Shown: positions 59,503 through 64,000 of the stretch, piece after piece
Layout: each line of letters starts with the position of its first letter
Numbering within the stretch: the first letter of the stretch is position 1
DNA from: Candidatus Hadarchaeum sp.
Lineage (GTDB): Archaea > Hadarchaeota > Hadarchaeia > Hadarchaeales > Hadarchaeaceae
Direction of reading: 5' to 3'
DNA length: 64,000 nt
Assembly (NCBI RefSeq): GCF_038871235.1
Contig: NZ_JAVZIN010000004.1
Location: forward strand, 20,030-84,029
The notes under the pieces: model-generated
Seen by the model: only the letters and a program-made list of their open reading frames with translations
What the model was told of the DNA's origin: nothing
Databases searched by the model: none
Program-made: the position numbers and the translations under genes

Positions 59503-60600
59503 TCAAAGATGGGCTTGGTAGAACTTCTCAAGTTTTTTCGTGCATTCGGTTACGGAAAATTTTTCGCTAGTTTTTATCGCCTGAGTCTGCATTTTGGGGG
59601 ACGGTTCATAGGAGTTTAAGATTTGCGCCAGCTCCGCGATGTTTCCAGGGCTAAAGAGGTAGCCATTTTTCCCATCTTTTATAATCTCAGGTATTGCGAG
59701 CGAGTTGGCACCGATCACTGGGCACCCGCAGGCCATTGCTTCCACCACCACCAAAGCCTGAGTTTCCCCAGTTGAGGCTATGACAAAAGCATCCGCGGCC
59801 GAATAGTAAAGGGGCTTTAGCTTTTCCGGAACATAACCAGTAAATTGGACCTTTTTCTTAAGCTTGAGCTTGTCCCTCAATTTTCTCAACTTTTCAGCGG
59901 CTGGACCTCGACCCGCAATGATCAGTTTACCATCAACCTCAACAAAAGCGCGGATGATGATATCTATATTTTTTTCGTGGCTTAGTCGCCCTAGGCTCAG
60001 GAAGATTTTTTCACCATCATCCAGTCCCAGCGATTCCCGGGCGGTTTCCTTTTTTTCTGGCCTGAAAAAGTTGGTGTTTATCCCTGTGGGTATGACTGAA
60101 ATGGTCTTTTTGATGTGGTGGGAGACCAAGACGCTCTTTAACGCACGGCTCGGGACAATGATCCCTTTCTGCTTGTTGTAAAAAATTTCACAATATTTCC
60201 AGATGACTTTTTCCATTATTTTTTTACCCAGTGGTGCCACATATCGGACGTATTCCGAGAGCAGGGTGTGGAAGGTCGTAACGCGGGGAATTTTTTGGAA
60301 ATTGGAGACCCGCCACCCGAAGAAACCCATCGTGAATGGAGAGTGGCTATGGATGATGTCCAGCTTGGGCACCGACTCTCTTCCCTGAGGCACCGCAATT
60401 CTGAACTCAGGATAGGGCTTGAAGGTTACCGCTGGATAGGAATAGACTTTCATCCCCCCGCATTCCCTGACCTTAGTCTTGGGGCAAAAGATGAAGACCT
60501 CATGCCCACGTCTAATCAGTTCGGGTCCTGTGCTTAACAGCGAGGTCACCACACCATTTTTCTGTGGTAGGAAGGTGTCCGTAAAGAAGCCTATGCGCAT
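59503..60600 (-). CDS. Glycosyltransferase family 4
   Basis: MRIGFFTDTFLPQKNGV N-terminus, ETQALVVVEAMACGCPVIGANSLAIPE C-terminal motif. Confidence 0.8.
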   Translation of the reverse strand: MRIGFFTDTFLPQKNGVVTSLLSTGPELIRRGHEVFIFCPKTKVRECGGMKVYSYPAVTFKPYPEFRIAVPQGRESVPKLDIIHSHSPFTMGFFGWRVSNFQKIPRVTTFHTLLSEYVRYVAPLGKKIMEKVIWKYCEIFYNKQKGIIVPSRALKSVLVSHHIKKTISVIPTGINTNFFRPEKKETARESLGLDDGEKIFLSLGRLSHEKNIDIIIRAFVEVDGKLIIAGRGPAAEKLRKLRDKLKLKKKVQFTGYVPEKLKPLYYSAADAFVIASTGETQALVVVEAMACGCPVIGANSLAIPEIIKDGKNGYLFSPGNIAELAQILNSYEPSPKMQTQAIKTSEKFSVTECTKKLEKFYQAHL

Positions 60601-60603
60601 GTT

Positions 60604-62028
60604 TTATCCCCCCCACAGCTGTTTGATTGATTTCAGCCCTCTTCCCGAGCGGAGGTTGGCCAGCAGAATTTTCATCCGGTATTCGCTCTTTAAGGTTTTC
60701 CATATCTGTGAGATCAGGTAGCTTGGTCTTTCGATAAATTCTTGATAAAATCCGTTCACCATTTCATTCAGTTCTCCTTCGTTGAGAAGGGAAGGGAGGA
60801 CACTGACAGCAGGTACGGCGGCATCCCAGTACTTTCCCTCGTCCAGTTGACCATCCTTTACAGCTCGGTTCCACAGCTCCATTCCGGGCGAGAGGTTTAG
60901 AAGGTTCATCTGGGGAAAGTCCATTTCCCTTAAGCTGAGGGCAAAATCAAAGGTTTTTCTGACGTCTTCTCTCGTTTCAATGGGTGCCCCGACGATAAAG
61001 GAGCCAATGACGTTCTCAATCCCTGCTTTCTTGGCGTTTGAGACCGCCTTTCTGCTCATCTCCGGAGTTATATTTTTTCCATAATAGTCCAGAACCTTTC
61101 GGCTGGCGCTCTCAATTCCAAAGTAAATAGTCCGACACCCGGCGCGGGACAATTTCTTCAAAGTCTCTTCAGACGCCTGATCAACCCGCCCCTCCGCCCA
61201 AAGGTTAAGCTTTACCTTGCGGGTCCTCAAAATTTCGCAGATTTTTTCGACGCGCTTTCTGTTGAGGAGCAGGTTATCATCCACGAAGCCAACTTCCTCA
61301 TACCCTTGGCTGTAAAGTTGCTCCATCTCCGCGGCAACGTTTTTCGGGGACCTGAATCTAACCCTTCTGAGGGAAAATGCTGAGCAGGCGCAGTACCGGC
61401 AGGCATAGGGGCAGCCTCTGGATGAGAGCAGGGTGGTGAATTTTCCTGAGGTGCCAAGTAGTCCGACCAGCTCCGAATGATACTCCTGTTCCAACAGCGA
61501 TCGGTCGGGGAATGGTAGCTTGTCCAAGTCCTGAATTGGTTCCTCAGGCGGGTTTTTTATCACCCTATTTTTCTTCCTGAAAGCGATGCCTTTTATCCGT
61601 TTTATTTCATTTTCCTTTTCAAGGGCCCGGACCAGTTCTGTGAGGGTTCTTTCGCCCTCGCCGAGAACAACGAAGTCAACGATGGAATAATTTTCCAGCA
61701 ACCTCTTGTACTCAAAAGTGGATTGATAATTTCCAAAGATGAGCCTCACTTCAGGATTTTTTTCTTTCACTGCTTTTGCGATTTTGATGGCTTGCCTAAA
61801 TGTGGGCGTCAGAGCGCTTATTCCCACGATGTCCGGTTTTTCACTTTTTACGCGGTCCGCGAGCCTCTCCACAGGTGATCCTTCTCGAGCGTTGTCTATG
61901 ATCTTGACCTCGTGACCATCCATCTGCAGCACCGATCCTAAATAAAGCAGACCTAGAGGAGGCCAAGCCGCTTCATTTTCAATCCGCTCTTTCTCCCCAG
62001 TATTGGAATTTATCAAGACCATCTTCAA
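60604..62028 (-). CDS. Cobalamin-binding (class B) radical SAM protein
   Basis: N-terminal B12-binding-like Rossmann region (KIIDN...DIVGISALT), CxxxCxxC at RGCPYACRYCAC, 474 aa. Confidence 0.7.
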   Translation of the reverse strand: MKMVLINSNTGEKERIENEAAWPPLGLLYLGSVLQMDGHEVKIIDNAREGSPVERLADRVKSEKPDIVGISALTPTFRQAIKIAKAVKEKNPEVRLIFGNYQSTFEYKRLLENYSIVDFVVLGEGERTLTELVRALEKENEIKRIKGIAFRKKNRVIKNPPEEPIQDLDKLPFPDRSLLEQEYHSELVGLLGTSGKFTTLLSSRGCPYACRYCACSAFSLRRVRFRSPKNVAAEMEQLYSQGYEEVGFVDDNLLLNRKRVEKICEILRTRKVKLNLWAEGRVDQASEETLKKLSRAGCRTIYFGIESASRKVLDYYGKNITPEMSRKAVSNAKKAGIENVIGSFIVGAPIETREDVRKTFDFALSLREMDFPQMNLLNLSPGMELWNRAVKDGQLDEGKYWDAAVPAVSVLPSLLNEGELNEMVNGFYQEFIERPSYLISQIWKTLKSEYRMKILLANLRSGRGLKSIKQLWGG

Positions 62029-62096
62029 ATATCCACAACCTGAATTAATATCCAGATTAGGTTAAATTTATCAGGTTAAAGGGATAGGTGGGACAG

Positions 62097-63005
62097 ATGA
62101 AAGTTCTGGTTACAGGTGGTGCGGGGTTTATCGGCTCGAATCTTGTTGAGGAGCTGGTCAGGTCAGGTGAGGATGTCATCGTTTTGGACGATTTCTCTAC
62201 CGGGTCGCTGGAGAATTTAAGAGCTGTAGAAAAGCAGGTGCAGATAGTGCGGGCCTCCTGCCAGCGGCTTTTGGAACTGAAACTTCCGGAGGTGAAGAAG
62301 ATATTCCACCTCGGGATCCCATCTAGCTCTCCGATGTATCGCGACAACCCGCTGCTGGTCGGGGAAGCCATTCGTGGCTTTATCAACGTCTTTGAGCTGG
62401 CGAGGAGAAACCGGGCCAAGGTAGTTTATGCTTCCACCTCCAGCCTGTACCGAGGCTGTCCAACGCCGCATCGTGAGGACAGAATATCCGAACCTTTTGA
62501 TTTTTACACCGAGGCCAGAATTGCCATGGAGCGCTTGGCCCGGGTTTATCACGAGCTCTATGGCATTCCTTCGGTGGGCATGAGGTTCTTCTCGGTTTAT
62601 GGTCCACACGAGCGCGCCAAGGGCAAATATGCGAACAACGTCTCCCAGTTTCTCTGGGCCATGCGCGAGGATAAGTCCCCTGAGATTTACGGTGATGGCG
62701 AACAGACGCGCGATTTTGTCCACGTCAGTGATGTGGTGCGGGCCTGTCTTAAAGCGGCCAATTCTGATTTGGGCTGTGAAGTGATAAACGTCGGCACCGG
62801 CAAGCAGACGAGCTTCAACCGTGTGATCGAGTTGCTCAACAAAGCGCTGGGAAAATCGATAAACCCCATTTATGTACCCAATCCGGTGAAAAACTATGTT
62901 TACCACACTTGTGCCGATCTGACCAAGGCAAGGAAGCTACTAGGATACGAGCCAACCGTGACCCTGGAGGAAGGCATCAAAAGACTAGTCGCGGTGGAAG
63001 GATAA
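62097..63005 (+). CDS. NAD-dependent nucleotide-sugar epimerase/dehydratase (extended SDR)
   Basis: VTGGAGFIGSNLV Rossmann motif, YxxxK region (YASTSSLY...). Confidence 0.8.
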   Translation: MKVLVTGGAGFIGSNLVEELVRSGEDVIVLDDFSTGSLENLRAVEKQVQIVRASCQRLLELKLPEVKKIFHLGIPSSSPMYRDNPLLVGEAIRGFINVFELARRNRAKVVYASTSSLYRGCPTPHREDRISEPFDFYTEARIAMERLARVYHELYGIPSVGMRFFSVYGPHERAKGKYANNVSQFLWAMREDKSPEIYGDGEQTRDFVHVSDVVRACLKAANSDLGCEVINVGTGKQTSFNRVIELLNKALGKSINPIYVPNPVKNYVYHTCADLTKARKLLGYEPTVTLEEGIKRLVAVEG

Positions 63006-63069
63006 AACCAGCTAATTTAGTGATGGTAGTAGGTTTAGAGGAAGACCACCAAAGCAATGTTGGGGTTCG

Positions 63070-63744
63070 TTGTTGAATAAAAACTGGCTGCACCGGCATA
63101 GAAAGCTGACAGCAATAGTTGGTGTTGTTATCGTTGGCCTCGGTTTTTCACTGTTGGCCGCCTACACCACCAATCTCCCCAGTGATTTCTGGAGAAGCAT
63201 TGGTTATCCTGGTATCTTCCTGTTAAGTTTTATCGGAACCAGCTCGATAATTATCCCTATACCCTACACAGTGGTTTTATTGGCGATATCGCCGGCCTTT
63301 GACCCTCTCCTCTTCACCTTAGCCGCCGGTGCTGGCTCGGCAGTTGGGGAAATGGTAGGATATCTCCTCGGATTCTTGGGTAGGAATGTGCTGGGGGAAA
63401 AGCGTCGCAACCAGATGGATGCGATGCTGAGAATTTTCAGGAGATTCGGACCAATTGCCGTGTTTGTTTTTGCGCTTACCCCGCTCCCCGATGACTTGAT
63501 TTTTATCCCGTTGGGGCTCATGCGATACAGTCCTTGGAGGACCTTGGCTGCCTGTGTTGCTGGTAAGTTTTCTATGGTCTTCATTATCGGGGTTGTGGGC
63601 AAGGCAGTGGGAGAATTGTCTGGTGATTTGCCCCTTACCATTTTGATATCTATCTTGTTGGTCTTGATCATCATCGTGATCTTCAAAATTGACTGGGTAA
63701 AGCTGGCCGAAAAGTACGCGCCGACATCGGGTCAGTGCTGCTAA
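63070..63744 (+). CDS. DedA/SNARE-associated (VTT-domain) membrane protein
   Basis: GYPGIFLLSFIGTSSIIIPIPYTVVLLA...GYLLG pattern of DedA-family proteins. Confidence 0.6.
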   Translation: MLNKNWLHRHRKLTAIVGVVIVGLGFSLLAAYTTNLPSDFWRSIGYPGIFLLSFIGTSSIIIPIPYTVVLLAISPAFDPLLFTLAAGAGSAVGEMVGYLLGFLGRNVLGEKRRNQMDAMLRIFRRFGPIAVFVFALTPLPDDLIFIPLGLMRYSPWRTLAACVAGKFSMVFIIGVVGKAVGELSGDLPLTILISILLVLIIIVIFKIDWVKLAEKYAPTSGQCC

Positions 63745-63780
63745 TTTGGAAATCCTTTAAATGATTCCAGTGAGGTCCTT

Positions 63781-64000
63781 TCACTTCTTTATGGGCTCAA
63801 AACGATCCTTCAGTTTTTTAATCACTTCTGGCAACGTGGTGTATTCCAGTTCTTCGGGGGAGAGCAGGTGGGGTTCGAAGGGCCCGTGTCTGCGTATATA
63901 TTCACTTACCTCGATGGCCTGCTGTCTAGCTAGGTCAAAAGAGGGGTCACCAAAGAGATCCACAGGACCGATCAGTTCTCCTTCGCACACTTGGAAGCCG
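63781..64000 (-). CDS. Hypothetical protein, C-terminal fragment (gene continues beyond window end)
   Basis: Frame open to the window edge; stop at 63781. Confidence 0.3.
   Translation of the reverse strand, partial: GFQVCEGELIGPVDLFGDPSFDLARQQAIEVSEYIRRHGPFEPHLLSPEELEYTTLPEVIKKLKDRFEPIKK

Noticed and set aside
1-64000. Looked for CRISPR arrays, IS elements or transposases, integrases, rRNA genes and obvious toxin-antitoxin or restriction-modification defence islands
   Set aside because: No direct-repeat/spacer arrays, no transposase/integrase-like ORFs and no rRNA-like sequence were found by eye; the window looks like core chromosome rather than an accessory island

Overview
The window is an archaeal chromosomal segment of about 50% GC, dense in housekeeping genes on both strands. 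Product assignments throughout were made by eye from motifs and recalled family patterns, not from database searches.

Genes I can support: DNA polymerase II large subunit (PolD DP2), TFB, deoxyhypusine synthase, enolase-S2, a Memo-like protein followed by the isoprenoid operon (IPK, type-2 IDI, an RNase J-like beta-CASP protein, GGPP synthase), GluRS, the L7Ae-S28e-L24e-NDK cluster, aIF5B-S6e-aIF2gamma-PIN, a membrane H+-pyrophosphatase, RpoE'-Spt4, PheT/PheS, Orc1/Cdc6, a Hef-like helicase, Pelota, archaeal DnaG, CarS, a TrmB regulator, a large radical SAM protein, thermosome, RpoK, FEN-1, PIMT, and a glycosyltransferase locus that contains a cobalamin-binding radical SAM protein.

Three tRNA genes are present and all three contain introns. 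At least two have a non-canonical or second insertion. The tRNA-Trp intron carries box C/D-like motifs.

I found no rRNA, no CRISPR array, and no transposase or IS element.

The sequence itself looks error-prone at homopolymers. Four genes are broken exactly at homopolymer runs, and a 1-nt length change restores each one. Apparent pseudogenes here are therefore probably homopolymer sequencing/assembly artefacts.

Other observations worth a second look:
- A K-turn (box C/D-like) element in the L7Ae leader.
- Several small genes the ORF track misses: a 36-aa basic protein and a 57-aa zinc-ribbon protein.
- A stand-alone Csl4 N-terminal-domain-only ORF inside a conserved cluster.
- A lipid-related neighbourhood of CarS, TrmB and a tetraether-synthase-like radical SAM.
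- An RpoK ORF with no canonical start codon.

PolD together with multi-intron tRNAs points to an archaeon of the TACK/Thermoproteota type outside Thermoprotei. That is an inference, not something I can read directly.
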